From a virus, in the IMG/VR virus record IMGVR_UViG_3300022555_000010, positions 1 to 64,000 of that record: DNA of 64,000 nucleotides, one strand, 5' to 3'. Below, one piece after another: positions 42,095-50,289 of this stretch (position 1 is its first letter; the number at the start of each line of letters is the position of its first letter). The translations under genes were made by a program, and so were the position numbers. Below the pieces are notes generated by a model that worked only from the letters and a program-made list of their open reading frames with translations, ran no database searches and was not told the DNA's origin.

Positions 42095-42251
42095 AGGGTG
42101 TTTCAATTGTGGTCAGAATATCTACGTTCCAAGTGCGATTGTTGGAGTATATTGTAATGATTGTATAGTGGAGGCTGGTAAGGTTCGGATGGAATTATCG
42201 AAATGGTATCCGAAGGGGGCGATACCGGTTCAGGGGGAGCGTGATGAGTAA
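42078..42251 (+). CDS. array microprotein (not in track)
   Basis: WYPKGAIPVQGERDE. Confidence 0.8.
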   Translation: MQSQFKGCFNCGQNIYVPSAIVGVYCNDCIVEAGKVRMELSKWYPKGAIPVQGERDE

Positions 42252-42396
42252 TATTGAATCATGTCGTGGTTGTCAGAGGAGGCAAGGGAGTTGTAATTGG
42301 TTAAGGGAGTCAATGGGAGATAAGTGGATGAGTAATCTTGATCAATGTTGGCATCCGATAGGGACGATATTAGTGATATGGGAGCAGGATGAATAA
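42244..42396 (+). CDS. array microprotein (not in track, 50 aa)
   Basis: CWHPIGTILVIWEQDE. Confidence 0.8.
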   Translation: MSNIESCRGCQRRQGSCNWLRESMGDKWMSNLDQCWHPIGTILVIWEQDE

Positions 42397-42556
42397 TAAG
42401 TGGGAAGGGTGTTCAGAATGTTGTCGAGGGAAGACGGGGTCTGGGTACGGGTATTGTGCCTGGATAAGGGAAGATTTAGGGTGTAGGGATTTAGATGTTC
42501 GGTTGTGTTGGCATCCGGTTGGGACGATTTTAGTGGTTAAGGAACGGGATGAGTGA
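42389..42556 (+). CDS. array microprotein (not in track)
   Basis: CWHPVGTILVVKERDE. Confidence 0.8.
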   Translation: MNNKWEGCSECCRGKTGSGYGYCAWIREDLGCRDLDVRLCWHPVGTILVVKERDE

Positions 42557-42743
42557 ATTCAAGTCATGCACGAAATGTGGTGGAAGGCCATATATTGATT
42601 TCAAGTTATCGATAGGGGATTGTCCTCGGAGGTATTGGATAGATCAGAGGAGGACGTTTAGTGGGGTAGACTGTTGGTATCCGGAGGGGAGTATACCGGC
42701 AGATGATGAGATGCCGGTGATACCGGTAATAGGTGAAGAATGA
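42549..42743 (+). CDS. array microprotein
   Basis: CWYPEGSIPADDEMPVIPVIGEE. Confidence 0.8.
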   Translation: MSEFKSCTKCGGRPYIDFKLSIGDCPRRYWIDQRRTFSGVDCWYPEGSIPADDEMPVIPVIGEE

Positions 42744-42934
42744 AGAATAAACTGGATGAGCGTGTAATCAAGATATTGGGATGTCGGGAATGCGGGAATG
42801 GGGATAGATGTAAGATGGTGGATAGGTGTGTGAGTCGTGCTAATCGGATAGATGAGGAACGGGAGGATGGTCAAGTGGGAGGGTATTGGTATCCTGTTGG
42901 GACGATCCGGGTCGTGGGTGAGAAGAATGGGTGA
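42740..42934 (+). CDS. array microprotein
   Basis: YWYPVGTIRVVGEKN. Confidence 0.8.
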   Translation: MKNKLDERVIKILGCRECGNGDRCKMVDRCVSRANRIDEEREDGQVGGYWYPVGTIRVVGEKNG

Positions 42935-43118
42935 ATTTAATTCATGCTTTACGTGTGAATTTTTACCGTTTGATGGATTTTCATTAGCGTTGCAGGAATG
43001 TCCACATCGGGAATGGGCATTGGTAGCGAACACTCAATTATTTGATTGTTGGGGTCCCAGGGGTTGTATACAGGTGGCAGGCGAGAGGTCTATGATTCCG
43101 GTAATAGGTGAGGAATGA
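42927..43118 (+). CDS. array microprotein
   Basis: CWGPRGCIQVAGERSMIPVIGEE. Confidence 0.8.
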   Translation: MGEFNSCFTCEFLPFDGFSLALQECPHREWALVANTQLFDCWGPRGCIQVAGERSMIPVIGEE

Positions 43119-43336
43119 AGAATGAGGCGTCAGAAGATTTGAAAGCCTTTGTGTTAATGAATCGGTTACAGGAGAAGAGGATGGCATTATGGGCAAGGGG
43201 GAAGGTAGAGGGAGGGGCATGTTCCGCGTGTAATGGGTGTTTTGGATGTAGGGCGTTATTTGGGACCTGGAATAAATGTTGGACACCTATTGGGGCGATC
43301 GGGATTCGAGAGGAGGTGGATGATGGTTCACTGTGA
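43115..43336 (+). CDS. array microprotein
   Basis: CWTPIGAIGIREEVD. Confidence 0.8.
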   Translation: MKNEASEDLKAFVLMNRLQEKRMALWARGKVEGGACSACNGCFGCRALFGTWNKCWTPIGAIGIREEVDDGSL

Positions 43337-43526
43337 AGATTGTGGATTGATGAGGAAGAAGTTCAACAATTGGAATTCGGATGGACCCACGTGTAAGGCG
43401 TTTCGGAAAGCAATGGGGATAGAGAGAGACTTTCGGGTGTCATGGTTGAAGTTTCTGGAACGATGTTGGCATCCTGTGGGGAGTATACCGGTGATCAAGG
43501 AACGAGATGAACAAGATGGAGCCTGA
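43320..43526 (+). CDS. array microprotein
   Basis: CWHPVGSIPVIKERDE. Confidence 0.8.
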   Translation: MMVHCEDCGLMRKKFNNWNSDGPTCKAFRKAMGIERDFRVSWLKFLERCWHPVGSIPVIKERDEQDGA

Positions 43527-43698
43527 CTGTCAGGAATGTGAAATATTGAGGGCTAGGAGTTCAAGAGGGAATCAATGTTCTGAATTTCGGGCGGCGGTTG
43601 GTATGAGGACAGATGTTTTGTATGGGAGTTTGAGTAAGTGTTTTCATCCGGTGGGGACGATACTTGTGGTAGAGGAGTTTGATGAAAAGGGTCATTAA
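43507..43698 (+). CDS. array microprotein
   Basis: CFHPVGTILVVEEFDE. Confidence 0.8.
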   Translation: MNKMEPDCQECEILRARSSRGNQCSEFRAAVGMRTDVLYGSLSKCFHPVGTILVVEEFDEKGH

Positions 43699-43885
43699 TT
43701 GGATTTGGTTATGGTGTACGACTCCGAGGTGGGACAGGGATGATGCGTCTATTTCGATGCAATTGAAGGGATGTAAGGGATGTGGGAGATACAATAAGAA
43801 GTGGGACTGCAAGTTATTGATGACCTATGAGGTCTGTTTTCATATGCCTGGGACGATTAGGGTAATAAGGGAGCAAGATGAGTAA
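43682..43885 (+). CDS. array microprotein
   Basis: CFHMPGTIRVIREQDE. Confidence 0.8.
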   Translation: MKRVINWIWLWCTTPRWDRDDASISMQLKGCKGCGRYNKKWDCKLLMTYEVCFHMPGTIRVIREQDE

Positions 43886-44156
43886 GGATTGTTTAGATTG
43901 TGGGAACAGTCGGTTAGATGTTTATGGACGGAGTATTCCGGTTATACACCACATATGTTTAAAGTGTCGTGGAGACAGGTTTGATCCAAAGCCGATGGTA
44001 TCGCAATGGTATCCGAGGGGGTTGATTCGGGTAGAGGATGAGTTTGAGATAGGGCCGGCGGAGTATGTGGGGCAGATGCCGATACGGGAGGAAGTCACGG
44101 TAATACCCAGGGGATGTATTGGGGTAATCAGGGAGATGGCCGAAAGTGGAGCGTGA
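43878..44156 (+). CDS. array protein with two tags
   Basis: WYPRGLIRVEDE and IPRGCIGVIRE. Confidence 0.8.
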   Translation: MSKDCLDCGNSRLDVYGRSIPVIHHICLKCRGDRFDPKPMVSQWYPRGLIRVEDEFEIGPAEYVGQMPIREEVTVIPRGCIGVIREMAESGA

Positions 44157-44475
44157 TCACAAGATTATCTGTAATGAGTGTGGGAAGATATATTACCCGG
44201 AGTCATTTGATGAGATTGATTCCCGGACGAGGTGTGTTTGTCGTGGTTCATTTTATGGGATAGCTGATTTTAGAGGATTAGATGTTTGGGGGATGTTGGG
44301 GGAGTTCAGGATTTTTGAGGGCAAGGAGATAAAAGTTGAGGCGATATTGGTAGACACGAAGACATTGGGGACGATGAACATAAAGAAGGAAGAAAGTGAT
44401 AATGGGTTATTTTGGAATAAGAGGCTGATTTTGGAAGGGTGTATTAATGCGTGGAAGGAAAGGGATGAGAAATGA
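44146..44475 (+). CDS. array protein
   Basis: LEGCINAWKERDE. Confidence 0.75.
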   Translation: MERDHKIICNECGKIYYPESFDEIDSRTRCVCRGSFYGIADFRGLDVWGMLGEFRIFEGKEIKVEAILVDTKTLGTMNIKKEESDNGLFWNKRLILEGCINAWKERDEK

Positions 44476-44612
44476 TAGGGGAACATGAAGCGGGAAAGGG
44501 GTCAGCGAGTCGGGTAAAGGACTTGAAGAAATACGGGGAAGGGTATTCCGGTATACAATGGAACAGCAAGAAGCCGGCGAAGGTAAAGCCGGCTAAGAAG
44601 ATCAAGAGATGA
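44472..44612 (+). CDS. 46-aa basic untagged peptide inside the array
   Basis: MIGEHEAGKGSASRVKDLKKYGEGYSGIQW...; ATGA overlaps at both ends. Confidence 0.6.
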   Translation: MIGEHEAGKGSASRVKDLKKYGEGYSGIQWNSKKPAKVKPAKKIKR

Positions 44613-44809
44613 ACATTCGGTCAATGAACGAGATTGGGGATGGTCCTGGGTGTCGGGAAGACTGTAATGTGGCAATGAATGGGTGTGCCATGTTTCGACC
44701 GAAGATGGATGTTTGGATAGTCGTGGACAAACCCGGAGCCACACATTGTTATCATCCCCGTGGCAGTATTTTAGTGGTTAAGGAGTTAGATGAGTTGGAG
44801 TTGCAATAA
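44609..44809 (+). CDS. array microprotein
   Basis: CYHPRGSILVVKELDE. Confidence 0.8.
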   Translation: MNIRSMNEIGDGPGCREDCNVAMNGCAMFRPKMDVWIVVDKPGATHCYHPRGSILVVKELDELELQ

Positions 44810-44975
44810 TTGTGGAGGACGATGGGAGGGGAAGGGTTGCACTTTAGACCAACTGTTATATTGGGAGATTCAGGATCAGAAGAGACAAAATTGGGATCAG
44901 GTATGGAAGAATGAGGAGGTGTGTTATTGGCCTCCTGGGACTATTTTGGTGATTAATGAAGAAGACGAATTGTGA
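44790..44975 (+). CDS. array microprotein
   Basis: CYWPPGTILVINEEDE. Confidence 0.8.
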   Translation: MSWSCNNCGGRWEGKGCTLDQLLYWEIQDQKRQNWDQVWKNEEVCYWPPGTILVINEEDEL

Positions 44976-45156
44976 AGATTGTGCCGGAGGGAATAGTAAA
45001 TTCAAGGGGTGTCAGGCGGATCTTTTAGAACTCATTGTGGATGCGGATATGCTTCAGAGTATGTTATCAGGGGATGGGACGGCATTATGTTGGCATCCGA
45101 AGGGATGTATTCTGGTGATTAAGGAGCAAGATGAAGAGGGACTGTGCGGATTGTGA
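44956..45156 (+). CDS. array microprotein
   Basis: CWHPKGCILVIKEQDE. Confidence 0.8.
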   Translation: MKKTNCEDCAGGNSKFKGCQADLLELIVDADMLQSMLSGDGTALCWHPKGCILVIKEQDEEGLCGL

Positions 45157-45313
45157 AGTCTTAAGGCGATACGAGAATCCTGGATATCATTGTGAAAATT
45201 TCAGGAAAGCGGTAGGGATAGAGGTTGATGGCAGATTACGAGATAAGCCATTGACCTCTTATTGTTTTCATCCTTACAGGACTATTTTAGTGGTCGGAGA
45301 ACGAGATGAGTAA
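45131..45313 (+). CDS. array microprotein
   Basis: CFHPYRTILVVGERDE. Confidence 0.8.
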   Translation: MKRDCADCEVLRRYENPGYHCENFRKAVGIEVDGRLRDKPLTSYCFHPYRTILVVGERDE

Positions 45314-45482
45314 TCCTTGTTTAGACTGCAATATACCTCTTCTTACAAGTTGCTGGGAATTTCGATTAGCTCTGGGGATCAGTTCTGTAGATCTTCCCCA
45401 TGACCAGGCATTAAATTCTCGTTGTTATCATCCCGTGGGAAGCATAAAAGTAGAAGGAGAGCGTGATGAGACAAGAGATTAA
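45306..45482 (+). CDS. array microprotein (not in track)
   Basis: CYHPVGSIKVEGERDE. Confidence 0.8.
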   Translation: MSNPCLDCNIPLLTSCWEFRLALGISSVDLPHDQALNSRCYHPVGSIKVEGERDETRD

Positions 45483-45783
45483 AGAGGACCGGTGGAAGGG
45501 GATCGGTCACATCCGACAGATTTCAAAAGAGGTTCTTACTGAGACAGAGTATTCGAATGCGTCTGTAAGGTCTGGGGAGTGTCCCTGGAGATTTGAGAGG
45601 AACAATAGGTGGCCGTATCGGTTAGGGATATGTCAGAAGAGTGCTGGGAAGAATGGGACAATGATCTGTATGCATTTCCGGGGTATAATAAAGAAGAAGG
45701 AAGAATATGTTCGGTGTTCGTATTGGATGAGGCCAAAGGGGACGATTAAAGTGGTACTGGAGAAGGATGAAGCGGAAGGATAA
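45466..45783 (+). CDS. array protein (long type)
   Basis: MRPKGTIKVVLEKDE; paralog of 45948. Confidence 0.8.
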   Translation: MRQEIKEDRWKGIGHIRQISKEVLTETEYSNASVRSGECPWRFERNNRWPYRLGICQKSAGKNGTMICMHFRGIIKKKEEYVRCSYWMRPKGTIKVVLEKDEAEG

Positions 45784-45970
45784 AAATAAGAACAAGGCTC
45801 CGGGGTGTTTGGGGTGTCATGTGGTATCAGCATCAGATGATTGTTTTGGGTTCAGGTGTCGGATGAATGTCTGGTATCAACCAGATAAAGCTGGTCGGCA
45901 AAAGTGTTATCATCCTTCTGGGACAATTTTAGCGATATCGGAGCAGGATGAACATATTGCAGAACATTGA
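45767..45970 (+). CDS. array microprotein
   Basis: CYHPSGTILAISEQDE. Confidence 0.8.
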   Translation: MKRKDKNKNKAPGCLGCHVVSASDDCFGFRCRMNVWYQPDKAGRQKCYHPSGTILAISEQDEHIAEH

Positions 45971-46292
45971 GACTGATGATTTCTCGAAGGGAGTGAGGCA
46001 CATACGGGAGTCTTCGAATTGGGGGCAATATCAGGTGTCGGCTGAAGTATTTCCGGATGATTGTCCGAAGAGGTTGGAATATAAGGAGAGTGATCTTGAT
46101 ATGGGGGCAGGGGAATTTATGATAGGAATCTGTAAGGCACATTATCCTTCATCGACAGGGGGGAATACTCATACGTGTAAGCATTATGTTGGGAAGATTC
46201 ACAAGGGGAATGTGGATTACATAAGGTGTTCTTGTTTATTTCATCCTGTTGGGGCGATCAAGGCAATTCAGGAAAGAGAGTCTGATGAGTGA
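45948..46292 (+). CDS. array protein (long type)
   Basis: FHPVGAIKAIQERE. Confidence 0.8.
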   Translation: MNILQNIETDDFSKGVRHIRESSNWGQYQVSAEVFPDDCPKRLEYKESDLDMGAGEFMIGICKAHYPSSTGGNTHTCKHYVGKIHKGNVDYIRCSCLFHPVGAIKAIQERESDE

Positions 46293-46477
46293 ACAAAGAT
46301 TGTGAGGAGTGTGGAGGAAACAGGTGGATTGAGAAGACTCCTGCTGGTAATTTTATACGGGATCATCGGGTGTGTGACTGGGTTTGGAAGAATCATATGC
46401 GAATGACGGATGACGCGTGTTGGCATCCAAAGGGGAGTTTGATCGTTGTAAGTGAAAGAGCCGAGGACAAATTGTAG
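46289..46477 (+). CDS. array microprotein
   Basis: CWHPKGSLIVVSERAE. Confidence 0.8.
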   Translation: MNKDCEECGGNRWIEKTPAGNFIRDHRVCDWVWKNHMRMTDDACWHPKGSLIVVSERAEDKL

Positions 46478-46652
46478 AGGGTGTGATGTTCAAAATTCGG
46501 TGTTTGATGGCCGAAAGAACTTATTAAAGACCTGTATCAATTTCAGGGATCGGATGGGTTGTTCGAGGCATATGGGAGTGAATTGGATGGATGACTGCTG
46601 GCATCCGATAGGGACTGTTTTAGTAGCCGAGGAACAAGATGAATACCTGTGA
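46452..46652 (+). CDS. array microprotein
   Basis: CWHPIGTVLVAEEQDE. Confidence 0.8.
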   Translation: MKEPRTNCRGCDVQNSVFDGRKNLLKTCINFRDRMGCSRHMGVNWMDDCWHPIGTVLVAEEQDEYL

Positions 46653-46821
46653 GGATTGCAACATTCGGAATTGGGCAAATGAGAGTCATCTGGACTTATT
46701 CAAGTCCTGTAATTATTTCAGGAATTTGATGGAGTGTGATAGGCATACGGGGTTGAATTGGTTGGATGATTGTTGGCATCCGATTGGGACGATTTTAGTG
46801 ACCAGGGAGAAAGATGAGTAG
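46639..46821 (+). CDS. array microprotein
   Basis: CWHPIGTILVTREKDE. Confidence 0.8.
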   Translation: MNTCEDCNIRNWANESHLDLFKSCNYFRNLMECDRHTGLNWLDDCWHPIGTILVTREKDE

Positions 46822-46990
46822 AATACTGTTGTGTCCAAATTGTCAGGTGTTTCAGAATGGGTCTGGGATTCTTTGTAATGAATTCATCACATTGATGAAT
46901 GTAAGTTTATTACCTGAGACTCGGGAATGGCAAGGCAAGTGTTTTCATCCGATAGGAACGATTTTAGTGATATGGGAACAAGATGAGTGA
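46814..46990 (+). CDS. array microprotein (not in track)
   Basis: CFHPIGTILVIWEQDE. Confidence 0.8.
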   Translation: MSRILLCPNCQVFQNGSGILCNEFITLMNVSLLPETREWQGKCFHPIGTILVIWEQDE

Positions 46991-47192
46991 TCAAGACATT
47001 AGTTGTTCAGAGTGTGAGATCTTCATATCGAAGAAGAAGTATAAGAGCAATGGGATTTCACGGTGTGTTGACTTCAGGTGGAAGATGGAGATCTTTGATG
47101 AAAGAGAAGGGCTGTCATTTCAAGATTATTCGATGAGGTGTTTTCATTTGCCTGGGACGATTTTGGTATCAGGAGAGCAAGATGAAGTGTGA
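46983..47192 (+). CDS. array microprotein
   Basis: CFHLPGTILVSGEQDE. Confidence 0.8.
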   Translation: MSDQDISCSECEIFISKKKYKSNGISRCVDFRWKMEIFDEREGLSFQDYSMRCFHLPGTILVSGEQDEV

Positions 47193-47370
47193 AGACTGCA
47201 ATCTGACTCACTGGGGAATATTCAAGATGAGAGGGGAGAAGTGTTTTTATTTTAAGGAGAAGATGGGACTTAACTGGTTCGTGTTACCGGAGAAGTCGTG
47301 GACAGAGCATGACTTACCGTGTTGGCATTCACCTGGGACGATATTGATCGTGGAGGAGAAAGATGAGTGA
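47182..47370 (+). CDS. array microprotein
   Basis: CWHSPGTILIVEEKDE. Confidence 0.8.
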   Translation: MKCEDCNLTHWGIFKMRGEKCFYFKEKMGLNWFVLPEKSWTEHDLPCWHSPGTILIVEEKDE

Positions 47371-47563
47371 GGATGATTGCCGGGATTGTGGTGCATATCG
47401 GTTTGAGAGGAAAGCTGGAGAAGGGACTATGCGGACATGGACGATGTGCAACAAGATTGGGAATTTACTCGGGAAGAACATTCTTCCAACTTTGCAACAG
47501 TGTTTTCACCCATCTGGGACGATACTGGTGATAGGAGAGAAAGATGAAAACAAAGTGTTGTGA
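47363..47563 (+). CDS. array microprotein
   Basis: CFHPSGTILVIGEKDE. Confidence 0.8.
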   Translation: MSEDDCRDCGAYRFERKAGEGTMRTWTMCNKIGNLLGKNILPTLQQCFHPSGTILVIGEKDENKVL

Positions 47564-47744
47564 TTGCCAATTGGTGATTAACGGAAAGGTTTTAGGGTAT
47601 CGTAACTGCAATGCATTTCGAGTGAAGATGGGACTGGGGCATATGACTCCATTACCGGTGACGAAGGATGAGTATGATTGGGGCAGTCGATGTTTTCATA
47701 AGAGCGGGACGATATTAGTAGCAGATGAACGAGAAGCAATATGA
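47544..47744 (+). CDS. array microprotein
   Basis: CFHKSGTILVADERE. Confidence 0.8.
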   Translation: MKTKCCDCQLVINGKVLGYRNCNAFRVKMGLGHMTPLPVTKDEYDWGSRCFHKSGTILVADEREAI

Positions 47745-47940
47745 TTGTCGGGAATGTGGTTCTTATTTGATGGACATTCCGAAAGGTAGTGTTGGGAATA
47801 AGCCGATGAGGAATTGGAGATTATGTCGGTTGGCTTGCAAGTTAAAGGGGGTTGTTCCGATTAATTCCCGTGATAAGTGTTGGTATCCTATTGGGACTAT
47901 CCCGGAATTTGGGGAGCAAGATGAAGCCGACAAAGGATGA
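47725..47940 (+). CDS. array microprotein
   Basis: CWYPIGTIPEFGEQDE. Confidence 0.8.
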   Translation: MNEKQYDCRECGSYLMDIPKGSVGNKPMRNWRLCRLACKLKGVVPINSRDKCWYPIGTIPEFGEQDEADKG

Positions 47941-48115
47941 GATTGATGGGTATCTGGACACAGAGACAAGTCTTCATTGTCCGGAACACGGGTCTACTAA
48001 AATATTTTTATCCGATATTTGGAGGACGACAATCGCTTGTGGCAAATGTGGATATTTTCGTGATTTATTCCCGGAAGGAACTATTCTCGTTGTTGCGGAG
48101 AAAGATGAAAGTTAA
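47921..48115 (+). CDS. array microprotein
   Basis: FPEGTILVVAEKDE. Confidence 0.8.
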   Translation: MKPTKDEIDGYLDTETSLHCPEHGSTKIFLSDIWRTTIACGKCGYFRDLFPEGTILVVAEKDES

Positions 48116-48281
48116 GTGTAAAACTTCGTTAGAGGAAGAGGATTTACACATCATTTATTGGGATGATGATATGAAGGAGATGGTCGGGGATATGACTCCG
48201 GCGGGAACTTTCTGGTTAGTGCCATCAGGGTGTATTCCGGTGATTAGGGAACGAGATGAAACTGAGGAGAGGAATGCTTAA
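48105..48281 (+). CDS. array microprotein lacking CxxC
   Basis: VPSGCIPVIRERDE. Confidence 0.75.
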   Translation: MKVKCKTSLEEEDLHIIYWDDDMKEMVGDMTPAGTFWLVPSGCIPVIRERDETEERNA

Positions 48282-48486
48282 GGAAACGAACAAGAGGATG
48301 CAGGAATGGATGATAATAGAGGAGGTTGCCTATAGGCGTGATTTAGAGAGGATCGCCAGGGAAGGGGTCAGGACTTGTCAGAACTGTGCGAAGTTTAATT
48401 GTTGTTTATTAGCCTGGGGAGACATTCCGACGTGTTGGTGTCCGGTGGGATGTATCTATGTCTTTGCAGAGAGGGATGTGAAATAG
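48256..48486 (+). CDS. array microprotein
   Basis: CWCPVGCIYVFAERDV. Confidence 0.8.
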   Translation: MKLRRGMLKETNKRMQEWMIIEEVAYRRDLERIAREGVRTCQNCAKFNCCLLAWGDIPTCWCPVGCIYVFAERDVK

Positions 48487-48551
48487 GACAGCTATGTTTT
48501 TGTTGGACGGTTACGGGGTATAATAGGTCAGTTTGATGAGCCAGGATTTTT
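48479..48551 (+). repeat. bipartite repeat, copy 2 (TATAAT in the spacer)
   Basis: TGAAATAGGACAGCTATG 48479-48496 and ATGAGCCAGGATTTTT 48536-48551. Confidence 0.85.
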
Positions 48552-49527
48552 GGCATTTTCCAATTTAGGAAAGAGGGGTGATATGGAATATTTCAGGTAT
48601 TCGGGGCACAAGAAGCCGGAGAAGACGATTGCAGAACAAAGGCAGGATATTGAGGATTTAAAGGAGAGGATTCGGAATGAGCCTCGGCAGTCATCCCGGA
48701 CAAGGATGGCAGCGGATTTACAGGATCGGGTTAGGAAATTGATATCCAAGTTGCCTTGTAAGACATCGAAGAGGAAAATCCACAATGTCGATGCCAGTTA
48801 AAGTCTGGAATATTAAGAAACTTCAGGCAGAGATTGAGGGTAGGAAGATGTTAACGCCGAATGATATTAGGCACATTCGATCACTTCTGGGAGAGGTTGA
48901 GGACAGGAAGCAGTTTTGGCACTGGTTGAAGTGCGAACTTTGTGGTGGATATTCGATTTTTGATGATCATCTTCATATGTTTGATTATCAGAAGCGGGGA
49001 GTTTGTGCTTGTGGTCATCGTCTTTTCAAGGTGGCAGATTCCGGTAATTTCTCAAAGGGGACGATATATGTCTGGGACGAATGTGACACGGAAGATGACG
49101 ATTCCTCAGAGATTGAGATTTTTTCAAGTCAAGACGATGGTGCCTTGGTTATCGTGTAGTGACTGCCAGGAGGGGCAGGATGGGGCAGATTGCGGTCCAA
49201 AGTATGAAGCCATGAGGTCAGATGGGTTAAAGGACTGTTGGCGACCACGGGGACACATACTGGTTTGGGATGAAAGGGATGTGGAATGACAACATCTTGG
49301 AGTGCCAGGAAGTTTATCACGACGATTTTCGGGACAGGTCCGAGTCTTTCCTTGAAAGAGGTCAAGCAGAGAAGATATCACATTGTGGATTGTGAGACTT
49401 GTGCCAGGGACGGGCATGGTCCGAATTATGAACAATGTAAGAATGATGTGGAGATTTGGAAGAAGGCAGGGGTTAATTGTTGGAGGCCTGTAGGGGTTCT
49501 CTTAATTTGGGATGAAAGGGATACAGA

Positions 49528-50289
49528 ATGATTGAATATCAAATGGTGTTGATTTGTTTGGCGGCGGTAATTGCAGAGACAATTGATTCCGGGCTGGGAA
49601 TGATGTATGGGACGATATTATCCCCGTTGCTGATAATGTGTGGATATTCCCCGTCTGATGTAATTCCGGCGATTTTATTCTCCCAGGCGATTGGGGGACT
49701 AATTGCGACATTGGGACATCACCGGCACGGTAATGCAGATTTTCGATTTATGTCTGATGATTTCAAGATAGGTGCGGCGATTTATTTATTAGGGGTCGTG
49801 GCAGTCTTTATGGGAGCGGGGCTGGCGATGAGGATACCGAAAGAATGGCTGCAATTATATATTGGGATTTTGGTATCGATTATGGGATTGATTGTGATTT
49901 GCAGGCACAACTTTCATTTTTCCTGGAAAAAGGTAATGGCAATAGGATTTTTAAGTGCGTTTAACAAATCATTGTCTGGGGGAGGATATGGCCCATTGGT
50001 ATCGAGTGGTTTAATTATTGCCGGGACGAAGGGAAAGAATTCGATTGCGACTTGTGATTTTGCGGAGGCACCGATATGTGTGACGGCATTCTTTGTTTGG
50101 GCCTGGATGAAGAATAAATACCCGGATTTGAATATGTTGTGGGCATTAACGATAGGATCAATGGTTGGGGGATGGATAGGACCCTGGGGATTATCCCGGA
50201 TTAAGACGGATGGGATTGTGACGACATTGGTGGGCTGGCTGGCATTAGGGGTTGGAATCACTTGTGCCTTTGGGATCGTAAAGCCTTGA
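49528..50289 (+). CDS. TauE/SafE (TSUP)-family membrane transporter
   Basis: IDSGLGMMYGTILSPLL, HHRHGN, LSGGGYGPLV; multiple TM helices. Confidence 0.85.
   Translation: MIEYQMVLICLAAVIAETIDSGLGMMYGTILSPLLIMCGYSPSDVIPAILFSQAIGGLIATLGHHRHGNADFRFMSDDFKIGAAIYLLGVVAVFMGAGLAMRIPKEWLQLYIGILVSIMGLIVICRHNFHFSWKKVMAIGFLSAFNKSLSGGGYGPLVSSGLIIAGTKGKNSIATCDFAEAPICVTAFFVWAWMKNKYPDLNMLWALTIGSMVGGWIGPWGLSRIKTDGIVTTLVGWLALGVGITCAFGIVKP

Larger units (their letters stand above)
40338..48486 (+). other. tagged-microprotein array, core (about 40 coupled genes)
   Basis: Mostly CxxC-x(n)-C-x(n)-C[WF]HPxGTIxVxxExD; next ATG usually inside the Asp codon (GAT-G). Confidence 0.92.

Noticed and set aside
40338-48486. 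Classical integron cassette array
   Set aside because: Genes overlap with no room for attC hairpins, and no integrase is in the window.
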